Assembly: GCF_009914755.1 (NCBI RefSeq)
Contig: NC_060932.1
Strand: one strand, 5' to 3'
DNA from: the human T2T-CHM13v2.0 reference genome, Homo sapiens
Length of the DNA stretch: 64,000 nt
Position 1 is the stretch's first letter. Each line of letters begins with the position of its first letter. Below, one piece after another: positions 1 through 16,387 of the stretch. A program made the translations under genes and the position numbers. The notes under the pieces are model-generated. The model did no database searches and was not told where the DNA came from. It saw nothing but the letters and a program-made list of their open reading frames with translations.

Positions 1-823
1 TTTTCTTTTAATTAAAAAAATTTGGTTATTCTAGAAAAATACTTTTTTTCCATCCAGTTAAATCAAAATAAAACTATATAATAAGTATGTAGTTTGTGAT
101 TCTATTCTCTTTAATCAGAATGATGCTACTGCTTTCTTTTTAAAAAGTCAAGCAGCCAGGCAAGAAAAACCAGAAACCACATTGTCAACTTTACTGTCTA
201 ATGTGAAGGACCTCAGGAATTAGGAATTACTCTAATTGTATCCAGAGGTTAAATATATCTCATCAAATACTCTACTGTGGCTGCTTCTGTGAAATGTATA
301 CATTTTAGGATCATTGCACTGCATCATATTGCATTATACACTCATTTCTTGAGAAGCAAAATGCACATTAAGATATTAAAATACCTGAGAAGACCTCTAG
401 TAAGGAAATCTTGCTCATAATTCTACACCTTATTTTGCCTCCATAAATATGGAAAATATTGTGTGAGATAAATGTAAGAATTATGAGAGGATCTTGTCTA
501 ACGACACATGGACTGAATCAATAGCAGCCATTATTGAAAGTGTTACAGTAAAAGCATATATTAGGCAGGCTTAGTAGGTATTTTAAGAAGATTAATGATA
601 CATCTAATGAAAGAATACATCAGAAACCCAAAGAAGGTCAAAGATAAACTTCAGGTTAGACTTGTATGTTTAGTTACATGTTTAAAAAAGTGATCTCTCA
701 ATATTAATTTCCTTAAGGTCAGCTTAATTTCATCTGTTTCACGGAGTCATACTAATTTTCATGTTTCAAGTTTCTATATTTTTGACAAAGTTAACGAAAG
801 GGTAGTGAGATGCATCATTAGTA

Positions 824-1141
824 CAGTAGTGTTCCCTTATCCATGGTTTCATTTTCCCTTGTTTCAGTTACCTGCAGTCAACCTTGGTTCAAAAATATTG
901 CAGTCTTTTGAGAGAGAAGGAAAATGGAGAACACATTCACACAACTTTAATGCAGCATATTCTTATAATTTTTCTGTTGGTTATTGTTAATTTCTAACTG
1001 TGCCTAATTTATAAGTTAAACTTTATCATAGATATTTATGTATAGCAAAAAGCAGTATATATACAGTTCAGTACTATCCTGGTTTCAGGCATTCACTGGG
1101 AATCTTGGAATATATATCCCACAGATAAGGGAAAACTACCA
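824..1141 (+). mobile_element. MER44A-like Tigger (Tc1/mariner) non-autonomous DNA transposon
   Basis: Begins CAGTAGTGTTCCCTTATCC and ends CAGATAAGGGAAAACTACCA (degenerate TIRs), with TA on both sides (822-823, 1142-1143). Internal TAAACTTTATCATAG...CAGGCATTCACTGGG matches the MER44A consensus as recalled. Confidence 0.85.
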
Positions 1142-1237
1142 TAGCTGCCCTCAGAAGAGTACTTTTACCAGATTTACTCACAGGACTTTCTCATTCAAAG
1201 AGAAAATTTAAAAGCGTATGCAAAGATGCAGCTTAGC

Positions 1238-1263
1238 AAAAAAAAAAAAAAAAAAAAGAAAAA
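1238..1263 (+). repeat. poly(A) tract
   Basis: Run of ~20 A followed by GAAAAA. Confidence 0.9.
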
Positions 1264-2444
1264 GTAAAACCAAGATTGACTTAACGGTCAAATTATATTA
1301 AAAATGAATGTAGAGAAAATATAACTTTGAGTTTGCAAAGTTTAAATAATAATTTCCAAGTTTGTAAGTAGAAATTTGGAAAGTCTTTTGGCAAAGTCAT
1401 TGCTGGGCCTCTTCTCTTGAAGATTTACATTTTCAATAACACATAGGATACAGAAAAAGTGGGAGGATGTCATTTATCAGAAAGACAGAGAGCAGATGTA
1501 TGGTGTATAGCCAGAAAAATTAGCTGGAGACACATTAACATTAAATATCTTAAAAGGAAGTACTCAACAAGAGCCTCAGAATTCAGTGTTTTGTATCCTA
1601 TTAAAGTAATATTTTGTACTTTGCAGCAATTTTATACTTGGATTTCCAAATCTTTACAGGCAGAAGATGATCATTATCTTTATTCTATCTGTGTGAAATT
1701 GACTATGGCTAATTTGGGAAGAACCTTTAAAGTAATACCTATATAAATTCAAGTTGGAATGAAGCCAAAAACTGCAGAATTCAGCCTTGGATCTGTAAGA
1801 CAAAAATACATTTATTTTAAGTCAACTCATGCCTTTCTTTGATCATGATGAACAATCAAACACCATAGAAGAATAATCTTTCAAAGATAAGAAGTGACCT
1901 GTTTTTATTCAAGGGATATTTTGTTTTCTCTATTCAGTTATGTTGAATTTTAAATATTCTAAAATTTTAAAGAAAATGCTATATGGCCATTCTTAGAAGA
2001 GATATATTTCATTATGATCAATATATTGTCCATGATTATTTTATATTGTATCAGTGCAGTCATCTGAATATAATCAATTTTCAACTGTCTTGTGAACAAT
2101 AAAACCCCAGATGTTTCTCATTTTCTATTTAATACTGCATTATATAGAGCCTCTGAATTAGTCTTTTAAATGTCATATAAATTGTCTTTCCCTATATTGT
2201 TATAATTGAACCTCTAATGTCTAGAAAGTCCCATAAGTAGAGCATCAATTACAGTTATCAAACTAAGCCAGTTTGTCATTGTGGCTATAAATATGTGTGC
2301 CAGTCAATTTTTACTGGTCTGAATGTTGAAAGCAGAAGTTTAAGGAGATAGTTAGGAGATAATTAATCAAAAGATACAATTATCAAAATTCTTAATGGAA
2401 GCCACAATTGAATACTTCTTTTCACTCCTCAATCTGACTAAATT

Positions 2445-2635
2445 TTGAAGGATTGAAGGATGGGCCTGAATGATGTCAGAGAAGATCAGAAGGTAGATAG
2501 TAAGAGATATTGGTTAGAGGGCCATCTTCCAGAAAGAGATAATAGTATATTGGTGAAAATGGCTGTGGAGATAGTAAAAAATAAGCAAATTCAGGAAATA
2601 CTTGGAAAGGAAAGGTGACAATTCTGACACCCTGG
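2445..2635 (-). mobile_element. L2 fragment
   Basis: Purine-rich GGCTGTGGAGATAGT...AAATTCAGGAAATACTTGGAAAGG is typical of antisense L2; highly diverged. Confidence 0.5.
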
Positions 2636-2892
2636 TGATCTTTTACAAAAAAAAAAAAAGAGAATACCTAATGATTATTGCTTAATGAAATAAAACATGC
2701 ATGAATTCCTCCCTCCTGACCAGATGTCCTCCCTTTTCTGACTAAATAGAATCCTATTATTACCACCTTGATTTAGTTTTCTTCTCCTTCATGAAAAGCA
2801 TGGATATTCTCTTGTTGAAAATTAGGCTAATTCTATCTTGATAATTAAATACTGCAAGGAGTGGATTGTTGGAAGAGGAAGTAAAGCTCAAA

Positions 2893-3391
2893 GTGGTAGG
2901 CAGAATTCCAACATAGCCCCCCAAGCTCTCTCCCCGTGATTTGTGTACCTTGAATAATCTCCTCCCATTGAGTGTGGAAGAACCTGGCCTAATTTAGTTA
3001 TACCTTTTAAAAAGATAATTTAGAGGTCAGAGAAAAGAAGTCAGAGAGATTTGAAAAAAGAGACATTCTTCTGTTGGCCTCAAATAAACAATTTGCTGTG
3101 TTGAGAGAAAACCACAAATCTGCAACCTGAAGACAACCTCTATGAGCTGAATGCAGCTCCTAGCTAACAGTCAGCAAGAAAACAGGCACGTAAGTTTCAC
3201 GACCACAGGAACAGGACTCTGCCAACCTCCAGGTAAGCTATGGATGAGAATGCAGCCGGGCTGTCACCTGGATTTCAGCTGTTTGAAATCCTGAGCAGAG
3301 TGCCCAGATATGCCATACCTGGACTTCTGAATTTTTTTTAAGCTATCAAGTTCATGGTAATTTCTTTCATGATAACAGAAAACTAAATAGA
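2893..3391 (+). mobile_element. MLT1E-like MaLR solo LTR
   Basis: Starts GTGGTAGGCAGAATTCC...CTCCCATTGAGTGTGG, has internal CAGCAAGAAAACAGG and TGAGAATGCAGCC, and ends GGTAATTT...CAGAAAACTAAATAGA. Confidence 0.75.
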
Positions 3392-3469
3392 TGGTAAGGG
3401 TGGGATGAAAAAAGAAGAAAGATGCAGTCTGTTGGAGAAATGTGGTGTCAAAAAGTCAAGGATTGCATT

Positions 3470-4200
3470 TGTATAGCATATATAAAAATAAAGTTTATGA
3501 CCATAATAGCACAATTCTAAAAGTGGATATTATAAAACCTAGGGTAACCACCAAAAATTATTCCAATAACAAGCCTTAATAAGCCTATAATGGAGATAAA
3601 AGAAAAACAAATTTAAAGCTCAATTAATTCAAAGTATTGCCTGTAAAATGAAAAAAATACACAAGAACAGACATAAAAAAAGATGAGTGCTAGCAAGATG
3701 GTAGATTTTAACAGAACATCAATTATTACATTAAATGTAAATGCTCTTACATCAATTAGAAACTAGAGATTTTTCAGAATGGTTAAAGACACAAAGCCTA
3801 ACTATATGCTGTCTACAAGAAATTCAATGAAACACAAAGATATAAGTAGGTTAAAAAACAAAGAATAGAAAAAGATTTACCATGAAAACAATAATCAAAA
3901 GAAACCTAACATAGCTATATTAAGTACATTTCAGAAAAAGAAACATTACCAGAGATGAATAGGGGAATACATAATGATAAAGAAATCAATTATCCAAGAA
4001 GATATGACAATCTTAAATGTGTACACATGAAAACAAGAGACCTTTAAAATACATCCTAAAATTCATAGAAATAAAAGGAGAAATCAAAATATATTTGGAA
4101 AGTTTGGGCACGCATTTCTCAATAATTAATATAAAATATTGACTGAATATCAGTAAAGATACAGAACACTGAAGAAACGCCTCCAAGTTGACCTGTTCAC
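3470..4200 (+). mobile_element. Old L1M fragment (inter-ORF region and start of ORF2 endonuclease)
   Basis: ACATTAAATGTAAATG...TATATGCTGTCTACAAGAAA...ATCCAAGAAGATATGACAATCTTAAATGTGTAC encodes a decayed L1 EN domain (TLNVN, ICCLQE motifs). Confidence 0.75.
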
Positions 4201-4214
4201 AGAGGCATGCATGT

Positions 4215-5661
4215 GTAGGTTTTCTGTAATTCCTACTGAGCTGATATTTTTATCAGTAAAAAAATCTCAGTTTCTATATATGTTACATAGTCAACATTTT
4301 CTTCTATAAATACTTTGCATGCTGCATTTGTTCCTCATCCTTTTGCTTTCAACATATCTATGTCTTTATATTTGATCTACATATATTGTAGGTATCATAT
4401 AGTTTATTCTCTTAATGTTTTATAAATGTGTTTGCCTTAAACTTGAATTTTTATTCAATTATTATTTCATGCAAATATATATATTTTCATGGCTATTTTT
4501 ACTGTTTATCCCATCTATTTTTGTTCTCTTGTTCCTGTTTCCTCCTCTCATTTGGGGCAAACATTTTAGGCATTTTGCTTTAATTTACTTGTTACCTTAT
4601 AATTGTGAAGAGTTTCTTTTTTGTGTTTTTAGTGGTTGCACTAGAAATGAATATGTGCATCCTTAAATTAATGCAGTCGACCTGGTTTTATTGTGGCACT
4701 CGGTGTAAAATATGAGAAACTTATAAAAGCATATTTATATTTTTTCCCACACTATTTGTAATATACTTGTGGTCACACGTTTTACTTCTACCTGTTATAG
4801 ACTTCATAGCATACAATTATGTATTTATTTATTTTGCTTTGAGCAGATTCTTTTTTAAAAAATAAGAGAAAAAATTAATATATACACATATATTTTCAAT
4901 TCCTGGGGACTTCTTATTCCTTCCTAGAGATCTAGTTTTCCATTTGGTATTATATTCCTTTGGTGTGATTATGTTGATGCACTTTTTGTAGTGTAACTCT
5001 TTTGACAATCCTTTCAGCATTTATTTTATAATGTCTTCAGCATCATTTTTGAAGGATATTTTATTCTGATTACAATATTCTACCTGATAATTTAATTATT
5101 TTCAGCATTAAAAATTGTTTTTAAACATCATTTGACTTTGATGTCTTTTGTTTCTGAGAAGTTAAATGGCTTTGTATAATTTTTCTTCTGTGTGTAATGG
5201 GTTTTATCCTCCTGTTTTGTTTTGGTTTTTAGAAATGTACTTTATCATTGTTTTTTAGCAGGTTAGCCATGATGTGCTTCGTGTGATTTTCCTTTTATTC
5301 ATCTATTTAGAGATGAATTGCTAGCATCAAGATGATTGCTAGCATCTTGGATCTGTAGGATAATGTTTTCAGCAAATATTGGAAAATTTTAAGCCATTAT
5401 TCTTTCTAATACTTTTTTTCTACCCCGCTGTTTCTCTTTCTCTCTCTTCTTTCCTTCTGAGTCAAATTACATGTAAGTTATTGTGATTATTATTGTCCTA
5501 CTTGTTTCTAAGGCTCTGCTCATTGTTTTCAATTTTTTTAATGTATTCATCAGATTGGGTATATTTTACTGTTATTTCTTGAAGTTTATTAGTACTTCCT
5601 TCTGTAGTGTCCAATATATTGCTATTGAGCCTTTTTCCTAATTCAGGTAATATATTTTCAG
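4215..5661 (-). mobile_element. Old L1M (L1MC/ME-type) ORF1/ORF2 region, part 1
   Basis: T-rich antisense L1 motifs TTTTGAAGGATATTTT, TTGGAAAATTTTAAGCCATTATTTCTT, CTAAGGCTCTGCTCATT; appears to resume near 12727. Confidence 0.65.
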
Positions 5662-5978
5662 ATATATATATATATGATATTTATATACCACATACATTTC
5701 GAAAACGGTCTTGGTTAAGAAAAATTGAGTGATTAATAAAATAAATATATCATATATATATGATATCATATATATGTATACTTTAAGTACTGGGATACAT
5801 GTGCAGAATGTGCAGGTTTATTACATAGGTACACATGTGCCATGGTGGTTTGCTGCACCCATCAACCTGCCATTTACATTAGGTATTTCTCTTAAGGCTC
5901 TCCCTCCCCTTGCCCCCCACCCCCCAACAGGCCCCAGTGTGTGATAGTCCCTTCCCTGTGCCCATATGTTCTCATTGT

Positions 5979-9801
<3,823 letters not shown>

Positions 9802-9864
9802 TAAAATGCTAGCTGGTTATTTTGCCCATTAGTTGATGCAGTTTCTTCATAGTGTTGATGGTCT

Positions 9865-11175
9865 TTATATTTTGGTATGTTTTTGCAATTGCTGCTACCG
9901 GTTTTTCCATTCCATATTTAGTGCTTCCTTTTTTTTTTAGATGGAGTCTTGCTCTGTCACCAGGCTGTAGTCCTGTGGTATGATCTCAACTCACTGCAAC
10001 CTCTGCCTCCTGGGTTCAAGTGATTCTCTTGCCTCAGCCTCCCGAGTACCTGGGACTACAGGCATGCACACCACACTCAACTAACTTTTGTATTTTCAGT
10101 AGAGATGGGGTTTCATCATGTTGGCCAGGATGGTCTCGATATTTTGACCTCGTGATGCACCTGACTTGACCTCCCAAAGTGCTGGGATTACAGGCATGAG
10201 CCACCATGCTTCCTTTGGGAGCTCTTGTAAGGCAGGTGTGGTGGTAACAAAATCCCTCAGCATTTGCTTCTCTGTAAAGGATTTTATTTCTCCTTCACTT
10301 ATGAAGCTCAGTTTGGCTGGATATGAAATTCTGGGTTGAAAATTCTTTTCTTTAAGAATGTTGAATATTGGCCCTGACTCTCTTCTGACTTGTTGGGTTT
10401 CTGCCAAGAGATCACCTGTTAGTGTGATGGGCTTCCCTTTGTGGATAACCCAACCTTTCTCTCTGGCTGCCCTTAACATTTTTTTCTTCATTTAAACCTT
10501 GGTGAATCTGATGATTATGTGTCTTGGTGTTGCTCTTCTTGAGGAGTACCTTTGTGGTGTTCTCTGTGTTTCCTGAATTTGAATGTTGGCCTATCTTCTA
10601 GGTTGGGGAAATTCTCCTGGATAATTTCCCGAAGTGTGTTTTAAAACTTGGTTCCATTTCCCCTGTCACTTTCAGGTACACCAATCAAACGTAGGTTTGG
10701 TCTTTTCACATAGTATCATATTTCTTGGAGGCTTTGTTCATTCCTTTTCATTCCTTTTTCTCTAATATTGTGTTCATGCTTTATTTCATTAAGTTGATCT
10801 TCAATCTCTGATATCCTTTCTTTTGCTTGATCGATTCAGCTATTGTTTCTAGTGTATGCTTCACAAAGTTCTTGTGCCGTGTTTTTCAGCTCCATCAGGT
10901 CATTGATATTCTTTTCTAAACTGGTTATTCTAGTTAGCAGTTCCTGCAACCTTTTATGAAGGTACTTAGCTTCCTTGAATTGGGTTAGAACATGCTCCTT
11001 TAGCTCAGAAGAGTTTGTTATTACCTACCTTTTGAAGCCTACTTCTGTCAACTTGTCAAACTCATTCTCTGTCCAGTTTTGTTCCATTGCTGGCTAGGAG
11101 TTGTGATCCTTTGGAGGAGAAAAGGCATTCTGGTTTTTGGAATTTTTAGCCTTTTTTGTGCTGGTTTTTCGTCAT
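9865..11175 (-). pseudogene. Disrupted L1 ORF1 interrupted by an Alu
   Basis: ATG at 11175; peptide LRAAREKG...NFQPRISYPAKLSFISEGEIKSF; stop near 9865; Alu inserted at 9931-10206. Confidence 0.85.
9931..10206 (-). mobile_element. AluSc nested in L1 ORF1
   Basis: Antisense Alu with the Sc-type motifs TGTCACCAGGCTG and AGGATGGTCTCGAT...GACCTCGTGA; TSD TGCTTCCTT at 9922-9930 and 10207-10215. Confidence 0.9.
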
Positions 11176-12531
11176 CTTCATGATTTATCTACCTTTGGTC
11201 TTTGATGTTGGTGACCTTCAGATGAGGTTTTTGAGTGGGCGTCCTTTTTGTTGCTGGGTGATGTTGATGCTATTGCTTTCTGTTTCTTAGTTTTCCTTCT
11301 AACAGTCAGGTCCCTTCTCTGCAGGTCTGCTGGAGTTTGCTGGGGGTCCACTCCAGACCCTGTTTGCTTGGGTATCACCAGCAGAAGCTGCAGAACAGCA
11401 AAGATTGCTGCCTGCTCCTTCCTCTGGAAGCTTGGTCCCAGAGGGGCACTGGCCAGATGCCAGCAGGAGCTCTCCTGTATGAGGTGTCTGTCGACCCCTG
11501 CTGGGAGGTGTCTCTCAGTCAGGAGCCATGGGGGTCAGGGACCCACTTAAGGAGGCAATCTGTCCCTTACCATAGCTCGAGCACTGTGCTGGGAGATCCA
11601 CTGCTCTCTTCAGAGCCGGCGTGCAGGAAACTTTAAATCTGCTGAAGCTGCACCTACACCTGCCCCTTCCCCCAGGTGCTCTGTCCCCAGGAGATGGGAG
11701 TTTTATCTATAAGCCCCTGACTAGGGCTGCTGCCTTTCTTTCAGAGATGCCCTGCCCAAAGAGGAGAAATCTAGAGAGGCAATCTGGCTACAGTGGCTTT
11801 GCTGTGCTGCAGTGGGTTCCACAACCAGTTCAAACTTCCTGGCAGCTTTGTTTACACTGTGAGGGGAAAATCACCTACTGAAGCCTAAGTATTGGTGGAT
11901 GCCCCTCTACCCACCAAGCTTGAGCATACCAGGTTGACTTCAGACTGCTGTGCTGGCAGTGAGAGTTTCAAGCCAGTGGATCTTAGCTTGTTGGGCTTCA
12001 TGGGAGTGAGATCCGCTGAGCAATACCACTCGGCTCCCTGGTTTCAGCCCCCTTTCCGGAAGAGTGAACGGTTCTGTCTCGCTGGCTTTCTAGGTGCCAC
12101 TAGGGTACAAACAAAACAAAACAAAACAAAAAAAACTCCTTCAGTTAGCTCAGTGTCTGCCCAAATGGATGTCCAGTTTTGTGCTTGAAACCCAGGGCCG
12201 AGGTGGTGTAGGCACCAGAGGGAATCTCTGGTCTGTGGGTTGTGAAGACCATGGGAAAAGCATAGTATCTGGGCCAGATACTGTGCCTCACAGCACAGTC
12301 CCTCATGGCTTCCCTTGACTAGGGGAGGGAGTTCCCCGAGCCCCTGTGCTTCCTCACCCTGCTTCAGCTTGCCCTCTGCCATCCGTGGGCTGCACCCACT
12401 GTCTAACCAGTCCCAGTGAGATGAACCGGGTACCTCAGTTGGAAATGCAGAAGTCACCCACCTACTCCATTGGTCTCGCTGGAAACTGCAGACCGGAGTG
12501 GTTCCTATTCGGCCATCTTGCTCAAAACTCC
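11176..12531 (-). promoter_or_regulatory. L1PA7-type 5'UTR (internal sense promoter, YY1 site, antisense-promoter region), CpG-decayed
   Basis: GC-rich segment upstream of ORF1; GGCCATCTTG near 12511 is the conserved L1 YY1 site; (CAAAA)n expansion at ~12107-12135. Activity cannot be shown from sequence. Confidence 0.6.
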
Positions 12532-12659
12532 AAGTCAAGGGTTTTCTAACCTTGTCTCGTTCTCCACTCCAGCTTGTCTTGTTCCTTTAAGTGCAGGAAG
12601 GGACTCTGGAATTTTCTTAACTGACCAAGAATGTCTCTTTCCAGAAGAAATGCAATTGT

Positions 12660-12700
12660 CTTTTTTTGTTGTTGTTGTTAGACAAGGTCTTACCCTGTTA
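12660..12700 (-). mobile_element. Tiny Alu 3'-end fragment with (TTG)n tail
   Basis: TTTTTTTGTTGTTGTTGTTAGACAAGGTCTTACCCTGTT resembles the antisense Alu terminus GAGACAGGGTCTCACTCTGT. Confidence 0.5.
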
Positions 12701-12726
12701 GTTTGTCACTCAGAATTTAGTGCACA

Positions 12727-13760
12727 CTTTTTAATTCTATAAGTTTCATTTGGTTTTGTACATGGTTTATATTTCTGTGCTAAGATTCCCTACTTTACTA
12801 CTTATGTCTATTTTTAAAACTTTACTAAAATATTTCTAGTAGAGATTTTGAAGTTTATATCTGATTATTTCAACATCTTTGTCATCTTGGAATCTGTTTC
12901 TATTTACTGCTTTTTTGATTCATTGTGTGTAACATATTCTAGTTTCTTCTCATATCTAGTAATGTTGATTGAATGATGGACAATGAGGATTATATTAATT
13001 ATTGTGTTTAATTATGTTCTCTTCCCATTATGTTTTCATAGACAATCATATTACTTGATGATCCTGCTAATGCTCTCATCCTTGACTTTATATTTCTGCT
13101 ATTTTTTCTTAGGGAAGATCTGGCTCAGTTTTGGTTTTTAGTTGCAGTGTGTGTTCCATTCACCTAAAATGTTTCTGGAGACTTTATTTTATTTCTAGGG
13201 TGTCAAATGAATGCTATGCATGCTCATCAAGGTCTCTACCATCTGACTTGACTAAAACTGTAAAACCTCCCAACACTACACAACCTTCATCTTCTTTTGC
13301 GTCTCACGGAAGTTGATTTCTGCTAGGACTCATGAAAACTTCATTACACTTGTGCATATTTCTCTCAACCAAGAACTTGTAGAAAACCCCCACCCAGACT
13401 TCTGATGCCTCCTTTCTGCTCAGCTGTTATTCTCTGCAGCATCCTACTTCACAAACCCCAGTCACCTTGTCAGTCCCAATCTCCAGTATTAGTCTAGCTC
13501 AGCAAAGCCATACACTCTGGTTGGCCTTCATTTCTCTGCACCAGTCTGAGAATGACTCTAGGCAGAAAGTTTAAACAAATATGGGGCTCTTTTTTATATT
13601 TTTCCCTCTCTCATGCATCGAAGTTCTGCACTATGTTTTCAATATCTGAAAATAGTTTTTTTACAGCTTTAGAAATTCATATTATAAAGGTGTATATTAT
13701 ATATACCTAATAGCAGGAAATCAAGCCACATTCCAGTTACTCCAACATGGTCAGAGGCTT
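12727..13760 (-). mobile_element. Old L1M 5' region, part 2
   Basis: TTCTATAAGTTTCATTTGG...TCTGATTATTTCAACATC...GTTTCTATTTACTGC, and end TTACTCCAACATGGTCAGA typical of an L1M 5' terminus in antisense. Confidence 0.6.
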
Positions 13761-13772
13761 CAGAAATTTCTA

Positions 13773-14141
<369 letters not shown>

Positions 14142-15585
14142 CTATACCTATAAATTGTAATGTGTTTGACTCTGCCTACAATTATGTATTATGGTAGCCT
14201 TCTACAGATGTTGAATTATTGGAGTGTTATAAAAGACAAGGGAGATGATATATTTAATTTTAAAATTCATTTAGTTCTCTAAAAAAGTTGTACTATTATT
14301 TTTTTTTTTAAAAAAAGACCTGCTCTTTAACAAGAGAAGGATTTTAACTGCACCCACTGAAATGCTTGGAAATGAAATCTGATTAACAGAAAAGGCTAGT
14401 TTTCATAATAACACAAAAAACTAAGGATAGGTGTCTTTTCAGTAGTGAACAGTCCTACTTATTATATCAGTGGTAAAACTGAAATGAAAAACTTCCAAAT
14501 ACAAGTTATTCTTAGAAAACTATTTCATGCAATGTACTTATTATTCAAAGTTTGTTTCAAGATATTTCTAGTATTAATTGAATTCTGATTCCATTACAGA
14601 AACCAAACTAACAAATAGCCCATTTCAGTAATTAGATAACAGCTTGATGAATGCTTCCTCAGTTTAACAGTTTTCCAGAATAGACATGTACTATAAGTGA
14701 AAAAAATTAAATGTGGATGGTTAAGACCATTTTACTGATTTTTGTTTGCTTTTAAAATTTAATTAGTCCATCATAAATGTTCTTCTATATGCCAAGCCTA
14801 CTGACAAAAAATCAGTTAGCTGTCAAGTAGAGTTCATGTTACTGAAGCAATGTGAATTATTATTTTTGTATATGAGGAAAAAGTAACACAAATGGAAAAG
14901 AGCTGTCAGGCATAATTCAATTCATTATTGTTTAATGCAATATACAGAGATAGAAATCTTATAAAATATTAATCCCACTAAAAATAGAAGCACAGTTGTG
15001 AACATTTCTCTTAGTTCCTGATAGCACCAGGGGAGCCAACATAAAACTGTGTGATTGCCATAAAATTCTGGGTTATCCAATTTTCACCGTGTCTCAGGAA
15101 GGATTTAAGAATGGTCATATATTTGTGGGCAGTGATGTCAGATGTTTCTTTTTTATTATAATGCAAACAATATAATTAGTATGCGGTGTTTGAAAAGATC
15201 ACATATTTGAAACCTTTAAGATATCATAAATCAATTACAAGATAAATTTCATAATCAGTCTTAAAGAATATCTGCTTTTTATGAGCTTGTTCTGATCTGG
15301 TCAACAAAGTAGTTGTTAATTCCATAATTTAATATTTTTCCCAAATAATTTCCCAAGTAAGGCAATGGATCTCCACTCTTACCAAGCAAAAGGTGAGCAG
15401 TACTAATAAAGCTATGAACTGAATAGTCTTCCACTCTTCTAATGCATTCTTAATCCTGAAGAACAAATCTATTTAAAGCACAATTTTACTTATTTTCCTA
15501 CCTAACATCTGTTAATGGCTTCTGCATTTTTAAAAAAATAATTACAAAGAATAGTATCATGACATGTGAATAAGATTTAACGTGA

Positions 15586-15957
<372 letters not shown>

Positions 15958-16264
15958 TGAATTTTCATTACAAAATTTTTTCACATTATACTCCTCTGTC
16001 CTCAGAATCTGTGAACACTCCTCACCACCTGTCTGTCCACCACACCCACAAACTGTTTGGTTCTATTATGACTTGCTTACTCATTTTCATTCTCTAAACT
16101 TCAAAATTTCAAACCATCATTTACTTTCAGGGGTCGAAGGAATTGTCTAAACTCCTTCTGCTCTCCATGATAAAATAAATAACCTATTATTTTTTTCTTC
16201 CTCTCTGAATTTTTTTCAGCACTCTTATTTTAAAATCAAATATATAGCATAATTATTTGATTAA

Positions 16265-16387
16265 CATACATCCCTCTCATTATAGTGGAAGCTCCATAGG
16301 GCCAAGAACTATGATTGTTTTGATTGATCTCTTTATAGAATGTATGGCAAGTAATAAGTGCTAATATTAGTTGGATAAATAAGTGAA
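16265..16387 (+). mobile_element. L2 3' end
   Basis: TAGTGGAAGCTCCATAGGGCCAAGAAC...TGGCAAGTAATAAGTGCTAATATTAGTTGGATAAATAAGTGAA. Confidence 0.6.

Noticed and set aside
1660-1794. Possible 135-nt exon (TCTTTACAG|...TCT|GTAAGA)
   Set aside because: Stops in all three frames and a weak donor.
12611-12650. Weak inverted similarity to 5695-5725 (TTTTCTTAA…CCAAGA)
   Set aside because: Short, gapped and AT-rich; compatible with chance.
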